Assembly (NCBI GenBank): GCA_963710455.1
Contig: CAVQAG010000013.1
Coordinates: forward strand, 661,290 to 725,289
From: an uncultured delta proteobacterium
Lineage (GTDB): Bacteria > Desulfobacterota > Binatia > Binatales > Binataceae
Direction of reading: 5' to 3'
Length of the DNA: 64,000 nucleotides
Shown here: piece after piece, positions 1 through 10,300 of the stretch
Layout: every line of letters starts with the position of its first letter
Numbering within the stretch: the stretch's first letter is position 1
The notes under the pieces: model-generated
Database searches by the model: none
The model's input: the letters and a program-made list of their open reading frames with translations, nothing else
Told to the model about the DNA's origin: nothing
Program-made: the position numbers and the translations under genes

Positions 1-216
1 CCCGTCACCTACCACGCCGGGCAGGCCTGGTACGAGCTCCCGATGCACACGCATCGCGTCGCCCGCAACGCGAGCAAGACCCGCAAGGCAAAAATTCTTG
101 CAGTGCTTATATCGGCCACGGGACAGGATCTGGTGCTGCCGCCGGGTTAACGCGCGGCTAAAAAGGCGTGTCCGACGGCGTTCGAGTATGACGCCGTTTC
201 GGGCGTCCCGATGCGG

Positions 217-1620
217 TCAGGCGGATAGGCGCGTCGTCCCTGCCGCCGGGTTGTCCTTGCGCCGGTAGCTGCTGTAGGCGGCGCCCGGATGGTCGTCGAC
301 GAGGCGCTGCTGGCCCTTGCCGAAGTAGTGCTCCCGCAGCGTGCTCGCCTCGTATTCCTTGCGGAACAGCCCGCGGCGCTGCAATTCCGGCACTACGAGG
401 TCGACGAAGCTTGCGTAGTCGATAGGCGTGTCGATCGAGAAATAATTGAAGCCGTCGACGCCGCCCTCGACAATCCATCGCTCCAGTTCGTCGGTGATGC
501 GCCGGTAGTTGCCCACCGGCACGGGCATCACGCTGGCGATCGAAACGAACTCGGCGATCTCGCGCATCGTCCACTCGCGCGTCGAGTCGACCGAGGAGAA
601 ATACTGCGCTAGGAACTGCATCCCGTCGGAATTGACATTACCGATCTTGTCGTTGGGGCCGTACTTGGAAAGATCGATCCCGGTCCATCCTCCGAACAGC
701 GCGAACGCGCCCTCGGGACTCGCGTACTGCATCATCTCGTCGTGCTTGCGGTGCGCCTCCGCGTCGGTTGTACCAACCACCGGCGCAATCGCCATCAGAA
801 TTTTCAGATGCCTGGGGTCGCGGCCGCGTTCTGCGGCAAGCTCGCGGATACGATCGCAGTAAGCGCGGCACACGGTGGTGTTGGGAAAAACCACGAACAC
901 CGCCTCGGCGTGAGCCGCCGCGAACTGCATCCCGCGTCCCGAAAGGCCCGCCTGGTAGATCACCGGAGTGCGCTGCAAAGACGGCTCGCATAGATGAGGT
1001 CCGAGCACTTCGAAATATTTTCCCTGATGCCGAATCTCGTGGACCTTGGAAGGGTCGGTGTGAATATCGCGCGGGGTGTCGCGCACGATCGCGTCCTCCT
1101 CCCAGCTCTGCTCCCACAGCTTGTAGACGACTTCCATGTATTCATCCGCGCGGTCGTAACGTTCGTCGTGAGGAAGGACCTTGCCGAGGCCGTTCTTCTC
1201 GGCGTCAGGCAAGTACGAAGTCACGATGTTCCATCCCACGCGCCCCTTGGTCAGATGGTCGAGCGTCGAGAAGAGCTTCGCGGCCTGATAGGGCGGATGG
1301 TAGGTCGTGCTGTAGGTGGTGGCGAAGCCTAGATTGCGCGTCACCATCGAGAGCGCCGGGATGAGTACGGTCGGATCGTTACAGGGGAACTGCACGGCAT
1401 GCTGGACTGCCGCGTCACGAGTGCCACGAAATGCATCGTAGGTCCCATGGATGTCGGCGAAGAAGAGCGCGTCGAAGCGCCCGCGCTCCAGCGTGCGCGC
1501 CATCTCCGCGTAATAGTCCAGGTCGCGGTAGCCGACCGAAGAGCGGTCCAGCGGATGTTTCCACTGGCCCTTGGATTGCGGACAAATCGAGCACTGGGTG
1601 AAGGCGTTGAGATGGATCAA
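217..1620 (-). CDS. LLM-class flavin-dependent monooxygenase (NtaA/SnaA/DszA-like)
   Basis: 467-aa ORF with luciferase-like monooxygenase blocks (ALFFADIHG, GRVGWNIVTSY, HDERYDRADEYMEVVYKLW). Recognised from family knowledge. Confidence 0.8.
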   Translation of the reverse strand: MIHLNAFTQCSICPQSKGQWKHPLDRSSVGYRDLDYYAEMARTLERGRFDALFFADIHGTYDAFRGTRDAAVQHAVQFPCNDPTVLIPALSMVTRNLGFATTYSTTYHPPYQAAKLFSTLDHLTKGRVGWNIVTSYLPDAEKNGLGKVLPHDERYDRADEYMEVVYKLWEQSWEEDAIVRDTPRDIHTDPSKVHEIRHQGKYFEVLGPHLCEPSLQRTPVIYQAGLSGRGMQFAAAHAEAVFVVFPNTTVCRAYCDRIRELAAERGRDPRHLKILMAIAPVVGTTDAEAHRKHDEMMQYASPEGAFALFGGWTGIDLSKYGPNDKIGNVNSDGMQFLAQYFSSVDSTREWTMREIAEFVSIASVMPVPVGNYRRITDELERWIVEGGVDGFNYFSIDTPIDYASFVDLVVPELQRRGLFRKEYEASTLREHYFGKGQQRLVDDHPGAAYSSYRRKDNPAAGTTRLSA

Positions 1621-1767
1621 GGATAATCCTCCTCGACTGTCGCGGCGCGTTGGTCAGTCCGCGCAGCCCGGCCACACTATCGCTGCTGGCTGGATTTAAG
1701 AAGGGAATGCTTCGCGATGCAACTGTCGCGGCTGGATCGCTATCTTCTTGCGCAACCGCGCGGGACG

Positions 1768-2472
1768 TCAGTAGCCAGGATTTTTTCGCGCAAGCCCGCC
1801 GAACAGGTCGAGCATCCGCTCGCGCCAGGCCGCGATCGGATCGTCCGTCTCCAACAGTGCGAAATCGCTTATCGTGCGTGCCCATTGAAAGCCGCCGAAC
1901 ACGATATAGTCGGGATAAAGCGGTGCGCCTCCGCCGAGGAACGCTTGCGACTTGAGCGTCATCCGCAACGGTTCGAGTGTCTGGCGAAAGGCGCCAACGC
2001 GTGCGTCCCGGTTGGCGCACAATTCCTCCAGCGTCATGCCGAAGCGCTTGGCGCGTGATTGGCGGAAGTATTCCTGGTCGCGCGGATCGAGATGGCGCAC
2101 GATGTCGGCCGCGACCAAGGTCGAGATGCCGGCGTTCTGTACCGTGTCGGCCCAGCTATTGATGAAGCGGGCGGCTGCTCTGGCGGCGGCGCCACCGAAA
2201 AGCGAAGGCCGGTCGGGATAGGTGTCTTCGAGGTAATTGGCGATTGCCCAGGAATCAGCGATCACGCGATCGCCGTCCTCGATTACCGGGACCCGGTCCT
2301 GTCCCGAATGTGCGATCGCCGGTTTGTCGCTGTAACGCCAGGGGACTGTCTCGACGCTCAGGTTTTTATGCGCGAGCGCCATCCGGATGCGCCAGCAATA
2401 AGGGCTAAACCTGCGCGCAGGATCGGCGCCCGCCAGATCGTACATCCGGATTGCCGTTGTCGTCGCTGCCAT
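1768..2472 (-). CDS. glutathione S-transferase family protein
   Basis: 234-aa ORF. N-terminal thioredoxin-like GST fold (FSPYCWRIRMAL, VPVIEDGD, ADSWAIANYLE) plus a helical C-terminal half. Confidence 0.75.
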   Translation of the reverse strand: MAATTTAIRMYDLAGADPARRFSPYCWRIRMALAHKNLSVETVPWRYSDKPAIAHSGQDRVPVIEDGDRVIADSWAIANYLEDTYPDRPSLFGGAAARAAARFINSWADTVQNAGISTLVAADIVRHLDPRDQEYFRQSRAKRFGMTLEELCANRDARVGAFRQTLEPLRMTLKSQAFLGGGAPLYPDYIVFGGFQWARTISDFALLETDDPIAAWRERMLDLFGGLARKNPGY

Positions 2473-2520
2473 ATCGGCCTCCGCTCCGTGTATCCGCCGT
2501 TCGCCCGCGTGCCCAAGTCT

Positions 2521-2976
2521 TCAAGGAGTGGGCGTCGCGGCGGGAAATCCCATCTTCTCGGCCGTCTTGGGATAGATCCACAGATTCTGCCCCGCCAGCG
2601 GGCCGTCGAGCACGCGAACCCGGCTCGCGCCCTGCTCGCTCGGACCCGTCTTTCCCACCATCGTACCCGCGGGTACCATCTCCAGTTTGTGATGGTAGAA
2701 AAGCTGGCTCACTTCCATCGTGCCGAACGCGTCGAACGTGCTGAGAGCCGCCGCTCCCACCTTGTAGTCTTCCTGGTTGTCCGCGCCGATCATTTCCTTT
2801 TCGAGGCGCCACTGCTTGCCAGTGATTGGTGGTGCGTTTGCAAGAGGGGCTTTTACCGTCGCTGGATCCGACGGCTTGCACGATATCATTGAGATAGCGA
2901 CGCAGAGGCTGGCCGCGCACACAAGCGCGGCGACACAAGCAGGGAGAAGGGCGCGGGCGGAGGCTACTCTGTTCAC
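2521..2976 (-). CDS. hypothetical lipoprotein
   Basis: 151-aa ORF with a signal peptide and a lipobox-like ISMISC. No recognisable domain. Confidence 0.5.
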   Translation of the reverse strand: MNRVASARALLPACVAALVCAASLCVAISMISCKPSDPATVKAPLANAPPITGKQWRLEKEMIGADNQEDYKVGAAALSTFDAFGTMEVSQLFYHHKLEMVPAGTMVGKTGPSEQGASRVRVLDGPLAGQNLWIYPKTAEKMGFPAATPTP

Positions 2977-2988
2977 TGGACCCTTTCG

Positions 2989-3888
2989 TCAGATGATCTT
3001 GTTGAGTGGGAACTCGATGATCCCGACCGCGCCGGCCTCGAGCAGTTTAGGGAACAGTTCGCGCACGGTATGCTCCGCGATCACAGTTTCGACCGCGACC
3101 CACTCCTTGCCTTTGAGATTGGGCGAGGGGTAAAGCGACGAAACGGTGGGTGCCGTGATCGATGGCAGCAGCGCGATCACTTTTTCCAGGTCCTCTCGGG
3201 CGACGTTCATCTTGATTCCGACCCGATTCTCGGCATCGAGCGCGCCACGCAGAAGCATCCCGATTTGCCGAATCTTGGCTTGCTTCCATTCGACCGCCCA
3301 CGCTCCAGGGTTGGCGACCAGAACCGGCGTCGAGGTCAAAAGCTGCTCGACAATGCGGAGCCCATTGGCGCGGAGCGAGGAGCCGGTCTCGGTGACCTCG
3401 ACCACGGCATCGACCAGGCCTTCAGCGGCCTTGGCCTCAGTCGCGCCCCAGGAAAACTCAACTTCAACTTTAACTTTACGTTGAGCGAAAATCCGCCGAG
3501 TGAAGTCGACCATCTCGGTCGCGACGCGTTTGTCTTCGAGGTCCTCGAGCCGGCGCACCGGCGAGGAGTCCGGCACTGCCAGCACCCATCGCGTCGGCGC
3601 CAGCGAAACCTTGGAGTAGGTGAAGCTTTCGACTTCCATCAGTTCGACGGCATTCTCGACGATCCAGTCGCTGCCGGTGATCCCGGCATCCAGCGAACCG
3701 TCGGCGATATAGCGCGGCATCTCCTGCGGGCGCAACAGGCGGCAGCTTAGCGTCGGGTCGTCGACGCTCGGCATGTAAGAGCGCGCGCCGACCGATACGC
3801 GCCATCCCGACTTGCGCATTAGTTCGATGGTCTGGGCTTCGAGGCTGCCCTTGGGCAATCCGAATTTGAGCACGTTGTCAGCGGACAT
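2989..3888 (-). CDS. hisG: ATP phosphoribosyltransferase, long form
   Basis: In ORF 2989..4080, HisG similarity starts only at the internal Met (MSADNVLKFGLPKGSLE...). That ATG is at 3886-3888. The region upstream of it is Arg/Pro-rich and looks non-coding. Confidence 0.9.
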   Translation of the reverse strand: MSADNVLKFGLPKGSLEAQTIELMRKSGWRVSVGARSYMPSVDDPTLSCRLLRPQEMPRYIADGSLDAGITGSDWIVENAVELMEVESFTYSKVSLAPTRWVLAVPDSSPVRRLEDLEDKRVATEMVDFTRRIFAQRKVKVEVEFSWGATEAKAAEGLVDAVVEVTETGSSLRANGLRIVEQLLTSTPVLVANPGAWAVEWKQAKIRQIGMLLRGALDAENRVGIKMNVAREDLEKVIALLPSITAPTVSSLYPSPNLKGKEWVAVETVIAEHTVRELFPKLLEAGAVGIIEFPLNKII

Positions 3889-3953
3889 AATTGTAAGCTT
3901 GCTTCCGTCTCGTCGAGGGTTATCGAAAACGATGAGATTCGTCGCGGCGCGGT

Positions 3954-4448
3954 TCAATGCGCGGGTTTGACGGGCTTGATCGGTTCGGCGGACCGGGCGG
4001 GCTGAGCTGGCTGAGTCTGATGGCCATAGCCGGGGCCGTACTTGGCCGGGTCGACGCGGCGCGTATCGATCGTCTGCCACGCGCCGTCGCGAAAGATGCG
4101 GAAGAAGCAGGATTCGAAACCCTCGTGGCAGGCGGCGCGGTCGCCGTGCTGCTCGACCGAGAGCAGAATAGTGTCGTTGTCGCAGTCGATACGGATTTCG
4201 TGCACGGTCTGGTAGTTGCCTGACTCTTCACCCTTGCGCCACAGGCGGTTACGCGAGCGCGAAAAGTAGCAGGCGTGGCCTGTTCTGACGGTTTCCTCGA
4301 ACGCCTCCCGGTTCATGTAGGCGACCATCAGGAGCCGTCCGCTCTGATAGTCCTGGGTTACGACCGGGACGACGCCGCCGGCCTTGCCGAAGTCGATTTG
4401 CGACGCGGCCTGCTTCGAGGCCTCCTGTGGTGCTGTCTGAGTATCCAT
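3954..4448 (-). CDS. hisI: phosphoribosyl-AMP cyclohydrolase
   Basis: 164-aa ORF with HisI core (VVPVVTQDYQSGRLLMVAYMNREA..., CDNDTILLSVEQHG.ACH). It carries a Pro/Gln-rich C-terminal tail. Confidence 0.9.
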   Translation of the reverse strand: MDTQTAPQEASKQAASQIDFGKAGGVVPVVTQDYQSGRLLMVAYMNREAFEETVRTGHACYFSRSRNRLWRKGEESGNYQTVHEIRIDCDNDTILLSVEQHGDRAACHEGFESCFFRIFRDGAWQTIDTRRVDPAKYGPGYGHQTQPAQPARSAEPIKPVKPAH

Positions 4449-4667
4449 TGCGCGCGCCGGCCATGGACGCCGGCAAAACTCCTTTGGTGAACACGAAAGT
4501 ATCGATTAAAGTTCGGGCGGTTTCAATGCCGCCTCTCGCGGCGCGGTCGTACTCGCACGGCTGGGTTCCGCAAGCGAAGCCGCGGTTTCATGCCTGGGCG
4601 GTTCCAAAATCGGGCCGGGCATGTATAAAGTCGCCTCGGGGAGACCGATAAATGGGCAATAGTCGAA

Positions 4668-5531
4668 ATGAAGCTGCCCCCGACGTTTAGGGGCCTGCTG
4701 GCGGCGGTGCTGATGCTGTTGGTCGCGGCGACCGGTGCCTGCCGGCATAGCGCTAATACAGAAGTCCGTCCGAAGCCCGCCTTCGCCCCGTTCAATTTTC
4801 AAATCGCAGTTGGCGCCGACCACTACAATATCGAGGGTTTTATCGCTCACTCCGCTGACCCCGGACGCCTGCCCGCGTTGCTCGTACTGACTGCCGGTGA
4901 GGGCAATGCGCGACGCTGTATCGAGCAAAGCACCGGGCTGGTGGCAATGGGCATGCTGGAGGCCTGCATCAGCATCCCGGGCTACGGCAAATCCTCGGGG
5001 CCAAGCCGTTTCGTCGGACCGCAGGCGGTCGAAGCGGCACATCGCGCGGTGGATCTTATGGCGGCACGGCCGGACGTCGATCCGGACCGTATCGCGGTAT
5101 GGGGGTTGTCGGACGGTGCCGTCGCGGCCGGTTTACTGATGGATAGCGACCCACGGCTGCGCGCGGTTATCCTGCAGTCGGGCTTTTACGACACGCTCAA
5201 AATGTGGCCCGAAGCGCCGCTACGCGAGAAGGTCACAATCCTGCGCCAGGTATGGCCGAGCCATCGTGTGCTCGCCGAGCGCAGCGTGATTGCGCATCTG
5301 CCACCCAAGCTCGATTGCAGCGTGCTCATCCTGCACGGGGAACATGACAAGAAGATGCCGGTGCAGCAGGCCAAGCGCCTCGCCGAGGAGTTGCAGACCC
5401 GTGGGGCCAAGGTCGAGACGCGCTTTTTCGACGACGGCCACGACCTCGGCGGCAAGGTCGATGGGCCATTGAAGGAATTCCTGCGCGAGAACCTGATCGC
5501 CGCCGCGCCGCGCACGCATGCGCCATCCTGA
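4668..5531 (+). CDS. alpha/beta hydrolase (dienelactone hydrolase / S9 peptidase-like), probable lipoprotein
   Basis: 287-aa ORF with a signal peptide ending ATGAC, nucleophile elbow VWGLSDGA, and a late HGEHD...H catalytic region. Confidence 0.7.
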   Translation: MKLPPTFRGLLAAVLMLLVAATGACRHSANTEVRPKPAFAPFNFQIAVGADHYNIEGFIAHSADPGRLPALLVLTAGEGNARRCIEQSTGLVAMGMLEACISIPGYGKSSGPSRFVGPQAVEAAHRAVDLMAARPDVDPDRIAVWGLSDGAVAAGLLMDSDPRLRAVILQSGFYDTLKMWPEAPLREKVTILRQVWPSHRVLAERSVIAHLPPKLDCSVLILHGEHDKKMPVQQAKRLAEELQTRGAKVETRFFDDGHDLGGKVDGPLKEFLRENLIAAAPRTHAPS

Positions 5532-5571
5532 TTGTCACTCCTTCTGATTATCGCTGCCAGACGATTGAGCC

Positions 5572-6528
5572 TTAACGCTGATGTCCTGGCCAGGGTGCGC
5601 TGTTCAATGTACTGAAAAATCCCCTCAAATATGAATCGGCTCGGCCGTTGAACCAGCTGCCCGAGAAGTGACTATCGATACATCCATACGCGAGATATTG
5701 AAGATTGCTCCAGCCGGACACCTTTGAAGACCCGTTGGAATTATTTTTCGCATTGGACACGGCGCGCAGATAGTCACTTCCCGATTTCTTGCTTTGTGAG
5801 TTGAAGTACCCATACTGATCGCCATTCACGCAGCCGCGCATCTCAGCATAACGATAATCCAGCGCGAAGGGCGTCGACTCTTCGATCATCGGCCAAGCCG
5901 CCCATTCATAGTAAACTTTAGTCTGGGCGATGCCCCACGAATCGTACTGATTCGTCCCGCTCAGGCCGCCAAATCCCTCCATCTCACAAAACTGCCCGCT
6001 AGCGGTCAGGGTCGGGGTCGTTGGGCCGGTCGTCGTGAACCCCGTTATCGAGCTGGGCGTGCAGCCAGCAGGATTGTTTTCGTCTCCCCCTTCGTTGCAA
6101 CCGGTTCCTCCATGCGCAGCGGCACAATCCTGATGCCAACCGCTCTCAATCCATGACTGGGCCCTGATATAATCCTCGTCGATCCCCCATTTGCAGGCGG
6201 TAATACGCATCAAGTCATCAGTAGTGCCCGAATAGTTGCCATCGACGGCTTGGAAATCCGACTCGGGAAGTTCAGTGCAGCAGGGCGCACTGTTATAAAA
6301 ATATTGTGGGATAGGCTCGGACGGCGGCAAGTTTGAATTCCACTGCGCCGGGCTATTGTCATCTTCGTTCCACGGGGCGTTTTCCTTGGTAATTGGGGAC
6401 GCATTGACTGCCCCGACACAGTTACTCTCGGACATTAATGAAGCATCGGGAGGCAACATGGAGTAATGGGCCGCCGTTGCATTTCGAGGTGCAATTGCCG
6501 ATGAGGCTATCGTTACCAGCAGATACAA
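5572..6528 (-). CDS. secreted Cys-rich protein with lytic transglycosylase (SLT)-like motifs
   Basis: 318-aa ORF (TTG start) lying in visibly lower-GC DNA. Motifs: SWIESGW (E-S motif), WGIAQ (GLMQ-like), and later YLAYG. Many Cys and Asn/Ser-rich stretches. Confidence 0.45.
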   Translation of the reverse strand: MYLLVTIASSAIAPRNATAAHYSMLPPDASLMSESNCVGAVNASPITKENAPWNEDDNSPAQWNSNLPPSEPIPQYFYNSAPCCTELPESDFQAVDGNYSGTTDDLMRITACKWGIDEDYIRAQSWIESGWHQDCAAAHGGTGCNEGGDENNPAGCTPSSITGFTTTGPTTPTLTASGQFCEMEGFGGLSGTNQYDSWGIAQTKVYYEWAAWPMIEESTPFALDYRYAEMRGCVNGDQYGYFNSQSKKSGSDYLRAVSNAKNNSNGSSKVSGWSNLQYLAYGCIDSHFSGSWFNGRADSYLRGFFSTLNSAPWPGHQR

Positions 6529-6846
6529 AGCAGTAGACGAGATTGGACGCGCAAATCATTTCTCATGGTCCCCCCTGATCAAGGCGCAACTCTGCTCGAC
6601 GAGCCGAGCTCGCCGGCGTTCGGAACGATGACTAGCGTTAACGAGTCGCTAGATCGTTTAGAATCGTCTGACTCAGAATTTGTCTTTGCCGCGAGGAGCT
6701 ATTGAGGAATTCGAGGTAGCAGAACGAACGAAGTATAAAGACGAGAACGCTCCCCCTCAATAACGCGGAAGGCTAGAATCCTCACGCATTAAAGTCAAGT
6801 ATTTTACGTTGAGTTAAAAAAAGGCGCCGCGTCCCTGTGTAAAGCT

Positions 6847-7371
6847 CTACCCCAGCGCCTTCAAAGCCGTAAGCACTGCGTCGGCGTGGTCGGCAACCTT
6901 TACCTTGGGAAAGACCTTGCGAATCAGGCCAGCGCGATCGATGACGAAGGTGGTGCGCTCGATTCCCATGAACTCGCGTCCGTAGAGCGACTTCTTTTTG
7001 TAGACACCGTATAGGCGTGTGACGCGATTGTCCGGGTCGCTCAGCAGGGGAAAGTTCAACGCGTGCTTGTCGGTGAACTTACGATGGGAGTCCGCGGAAT
7101 CCACGCTGACGCCGACGACTTGTGCACCCATCGCCTTGAGGCGAGCCGCAGCGTCGCGGAAGTCGCACGCCTCGACCGTGCATCCGGGCGTCATGTCCTT
7201 GGGATAGAAGTAGAGCACGAGATTGCCCCGGCCGAGCAGTTCCCTGAGAGAGACGGTCTTGCCGTGGCCGTCGGAAAGTTCGAAAGGAGGGGCCTTGCGG
7301 CCTTCCATCTCGTGCGCGGTCTTCTTGGCTATTGGCTTGGTGCTGCCGGCGGTGGTGTGCGCTTTGGCCAT
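6847..7371 (-). CDS. bcp: thioredoxin-dependent thiol peroxidase (peroxiredoxin Bcp)
   Basis: 174-aa ORF with the peroxidatic-Cys motif YFYPKDMTPGCTVEAC. Confidence 0.9.
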   Translation of the reverse strand: MAKAHTTAGSTKPIAKKTAHEMEGRKAPPFELSDGHGKTVSLRELLGRGNLVLYFYPKDMTPGCTVEACDFRDAAARLKAMGAQVVGVSVDSADSHRKFTDKHALNFPLLSDPDNRVTRLYGVYKKKSLYGREFMGIERTTFVIDRAGLIRKVFPKVKVADHADAVLTALKALG

Positions 7372-7549
7372 TTTCGATGCTCGACGGCCCTTACGATTCC
7401 ATCATTCGCGCTTCGGGTAAAGTGTGACGAGCCTCGGCGAAGATAAAAAACTGCTGCGGCGCAACGGTTTTACAAAAATCATAGTTGACGGCGTGCCGAT
7501 CAGCCTCTATGCTTGCGGCGGGTCGTCCAATAAAAAACCGTCGTCCTTC

Positions 7550-8584
7550 ATGGCTGCATACACTGAGCTACACAAATCGTTCCTCGAGCAACTCGGAGAC
7601 GACTACAACCTAGGACGCATCCTTGGCGCTGTCGGCGTCCCGCAAGGCTCGGTAAACAGCAACTACCTGATTGAGACCGCCAAGGGACGCTTCCTGCTGC
7701 GTGTTGACGAGGTCAAGACCGAGAGCGAGGTCAAACGCGAGATCGATCTCCTCGCCTTTCTGCGCAAACACTCCTTTCCCTGCCCGCATCCTTTGCAGGA
7801 CCGGACGGGCCGGTACTGGCGCGAGTGCGAGGGCAAGTGCGCCTCGCTCTACCGCTACAACGAAGGGCGGATCGTGGCGCCCGAGCGCCTGCGCCCAAGC
7901 CAACTCGAGACTATCGGCCGCGCGCTTGGTGAACTGCACGTCATCGGGAAGGGCTACAAGAAGGGCATCGACAACCGCTTCAGCTTCGAGCGTATCGCCG
8001 ACTTATACCTGAGCGTGCGCGGCCGGCTGCCCAACTATTTTCGCAAGATCAGCCGCACCCTGGAGGACGAGGTCGACTACCTGACGCGCTATCTGGAGGG
8101 CAAGCTGCCCAAGGGCGTGATCCACGGCGATCTGTTTGCCGACAACGTACTGTTCCGCGGCGAGAAGCTGACCGCGGTGCTGGATTTCGAGGCGGCATGT
8201 CGCGGCAAGTTCATCTTCGACCTGGCGACTGCGGTCAATGCGCTATGCTTTGTCGACAACCAGTACTCGCTCGATCGGTTCCGCTTCCTGATGCATGGAT
8301 ACGAATCGGTGCGCACGCTTTCGCTCGCGGAATGGGACGCTTTTCCCAACGAGCTGCGTTACTCTTCGCTCCGTTTCACCGTCACGCGCTTGCACGACTT
8401 CTTTCTCCATCCGCTCGACAACAACCGCCGGGTCCACAAGGACTTCCGCGAGTTTTTCGACCGCCTGCGCATCCTGCGCCGCGAGCGCGAGGGTGGCATG
8501 GAGGCGCTGTTGATGGCGATGGCGACCGGGTACGATTACCGCAAGTACCAGAAGGTGAAGGCGAACGAGCGGCTGAAGGCCTGA
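7550..8584 (+). CDS. homoserine kinase type II / APH-fold phosphotransferase
   Basis: Similarity begins at the internal ATG at 7550 (MAAYTELHKSF...). Kinase-fold motif IHGDLFADNVLF. The ORF track begins at a GTG at 7424. Confidence 0.7.
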   Translation: MAAYTELHKSFLEQLGDDYNLGRILGAVGVPQGSVNSNYLIETAKGRFLLRVDEVKTESEVKREIDLLAFLRKHSFPCPHPLQDRTGRYWRECEGKCASLYRYNEGRIVAPERLRPSQLETIGRALGELHVIGKGYKKGIDNRFSFERIADLYLSVRGRLPNYFRKISRTLEDEVDYLTRYLEGKLPKGVIHGDLFADNVLFRGEKLTAVLDFEAACRGKFIFDLATAVNALCFVDNQYSLDRFRFLMHGYESVRTLSLAEWDAFPNELRYSSLRFTVTRLHDFFLHPLDNNRRVHKDFREFFDRLRILRREREGGMEALLMAMATGYDYRKYQKVKANERLKA

Positions 8585-8689
8585 CGGCGCGGGCGCCGTC
8601 CGGGTTCTGTCGATGAATTCTTATCCGCTTCGCGCCGCCGCGCCGGCGTTGATCGCCGCCTCCGCAGAACCCCGTCCAGGGAAACATCG

Positions 8690-9592
8690 ATGTCCGCGCT
8701 GCTAGAGCGCCTGGGCGCGCACAAGCCGGCGCTCTGGCTGGAGGTCGCGCCGCCGCGCGGAATCGCGGTCGAGTCGATGCTGACGCGGCTCGAAGCGCTA
8801 CGCGGCCACGTCGACGCAATCAATCTCGCCGACAACGCGTTGGGACGCGTGAAGCTCGCGCCCCTGGTATTCGGTTCGATGATCAAGTCGCGGCTCGGAA
8901 TCCCGGTGGTGATCAATTTTTCCTGCCGCGATCGCAACCGCCACGCGTTGAAAGCTGATCTGCTCGGCGCGGGCGCGCTCGGGATCGAAGGGGTGGTGGC
9001 GTTGGCCGGCGACAAGCTCGCCGACGACCCCGATGGCGTGAAGGCGGTTCGTGACCTCGATCCTTTCAGCCTCCTGCGTACGATGATCGATCTGCGCCGC
9101 GGCGACACTGGCGAAGGACGCCGGCTGCTGAAGACGTTGCCCGAGTTCGCGATCGGCGCGGTCGCCAATCCGAATCGCAAGGACGTCGCGCGCGAATTCG
9201 AATTGCTCGAGCGCAAGGCCGTCGCGGGCGCGGAGTTCGTGATCACGCAGCCGGTTTTCGATCTCGAGCTGGCGCGAAGCTTCCTCGCCCGCGCCCGACG
9301 ACACAAACTCCGGGTCGTGCTCGGCATCCTGCCGGTCAAACGCGAATCGATGGCCAGTTATTTGAAAGACCGCATTCCCGACCTCGCCGGCGCCCATCAA
9401 CATTTCGATCGCTACGCCGGAATGGGAGAAGAGGAGGCGCGGCGGACATCGGTCGAGACCAGCGTCGCGCTGATGCGCGCATTGGCTGACGAGGCCGCAG
9501 GCTTTAACATAATGAGTGGCGGCGGACCATCGCTTGCGATCGAGCTCGCGCTCGAGTTCAGCCGCTCTCTGGAGGACTCTGGTGCGCGATAG
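8690..9592 (+). CDS. metF: methylenetetrahydrofolate reductase family protein
   Basis: 300-aa ORF with the MTHFR barrel pattern ([28 protein letters not shown]). Confidence 0.75.
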   Translation: MSALLERLGAHKPALWLEVAPPRGIAVESMLTRLEALRGHVDAINLADNALGRVKLAPLVFGSMIKSRLGIPVVINFSCRDRNRHALKADLLGAGALGIEGVVALAGDKLADDPDGVKAVRDLDPFSLLRTMIDLRRGDTGEGRRLLKTLPEFAIGAVANPNRKDVAREFELLERKAVAGAEFVITQPVFDLELARSFLARARRHKLRVVLGILPVKRESMASYLKDRIPDLAGAHQHFDRYAGMGEEEARRTSVETSVALMRALADEAAGFNIMSGGGPSLAIELALEFSRSLEDSGAR

Positions 9593-9596
9593 AAAA

Positions 9597-10229
9597 ATGA
9601 GACTTCGGGCAGCCTCGCGCCCGCCGCGACCGGAAGTTGAGACCGCGCCCGCGGAAGACTCCGCCGGCGCCGCGGTCGAAGACGCGGTGCGATTGATCCT
9701 GCGCCATATCGGCGAGGATTCCGAGCGGGAGGGGCTGAAGCTCACGCCGACCCGGGTGCTGCATGCACTGGATTTTCTGACGCGCGGCTACAAAGAGGAT
9801 CCCAAGGTCGCCATCAACGGCGCGGTTTTCTCGGAGGAGGAGTACCAGGAGATCATCCTGTGCAAGGACCTCGACTTCTACTCCTTGTGCGAGCATCACC
9901 TGTTGCCCTTCTTCGGCAAGGCGCACCTGGCGTACCTGCCCAATCGGCGGATTATCGGGCTCTCCAAGCTCGCCCGGCTGGTCGAGATCTATGCGCGTCG
10001 CCTGCAGGTGCAGGAGCGGCTGACCACCCAGATCGCGCACACCCTGATGGAGGAGATCGAGCCGCTCGGCGTCGCCGTGGTACTCGAGGCCGAGCACCTG
10101 TGCATGCGGATGCGCGGGGTCGAAAAGCAGAACTCCTACGTTACCACCTCGGCGATGCTCGGGGTTTTCCGCACGCACGTGGAAACGCGCCAGGAGTTCA
10201 TGAACCTGTTGCGCAACGGCAAGGATTAG
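9597..10229 (+). CDS. folE: GTP cyclohydrolase I
   Basis: Motif [18 protein letters not shown]...[10 protein letters not shown]. Likely ATG at 9597, just after the metF stop. Confidence 0.9.
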   Translation: MRLRAASRPPRPEVETAPAEDSAGAAVEDAVRLILRHIGEDSEREGLKLTPTRVLHALDFLTRGYKEDPKVAINGAVFSEEEYQEIILCKDLDFYSLCEHHLLPFFGKAHLAYLPNRRIIGLSKLARLVEIYARRLQVQERLTTQIAHTLMEEIEPLGVAVVLEAEHLCMRMRGVEKQNSYVTTSAMLGVFRTHVETRQEFMNLLRNGKD

Positions 10230-10300
10230 GCCGCTCGCGAACGGCATTCGCCTCGCGTGAGTCGCGGATCGCGCCGGCGCACCGTCTAAACAGTGAATCG

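Noticed and set aside
6815-6846. GC-rich segment followed by A7/T7 downstream of bcp, considered as a terminator.
   Set aside because: I could not draw a stem with a proper loop, because GGCGCC is self-complementary without a loop. I left it uncalled.
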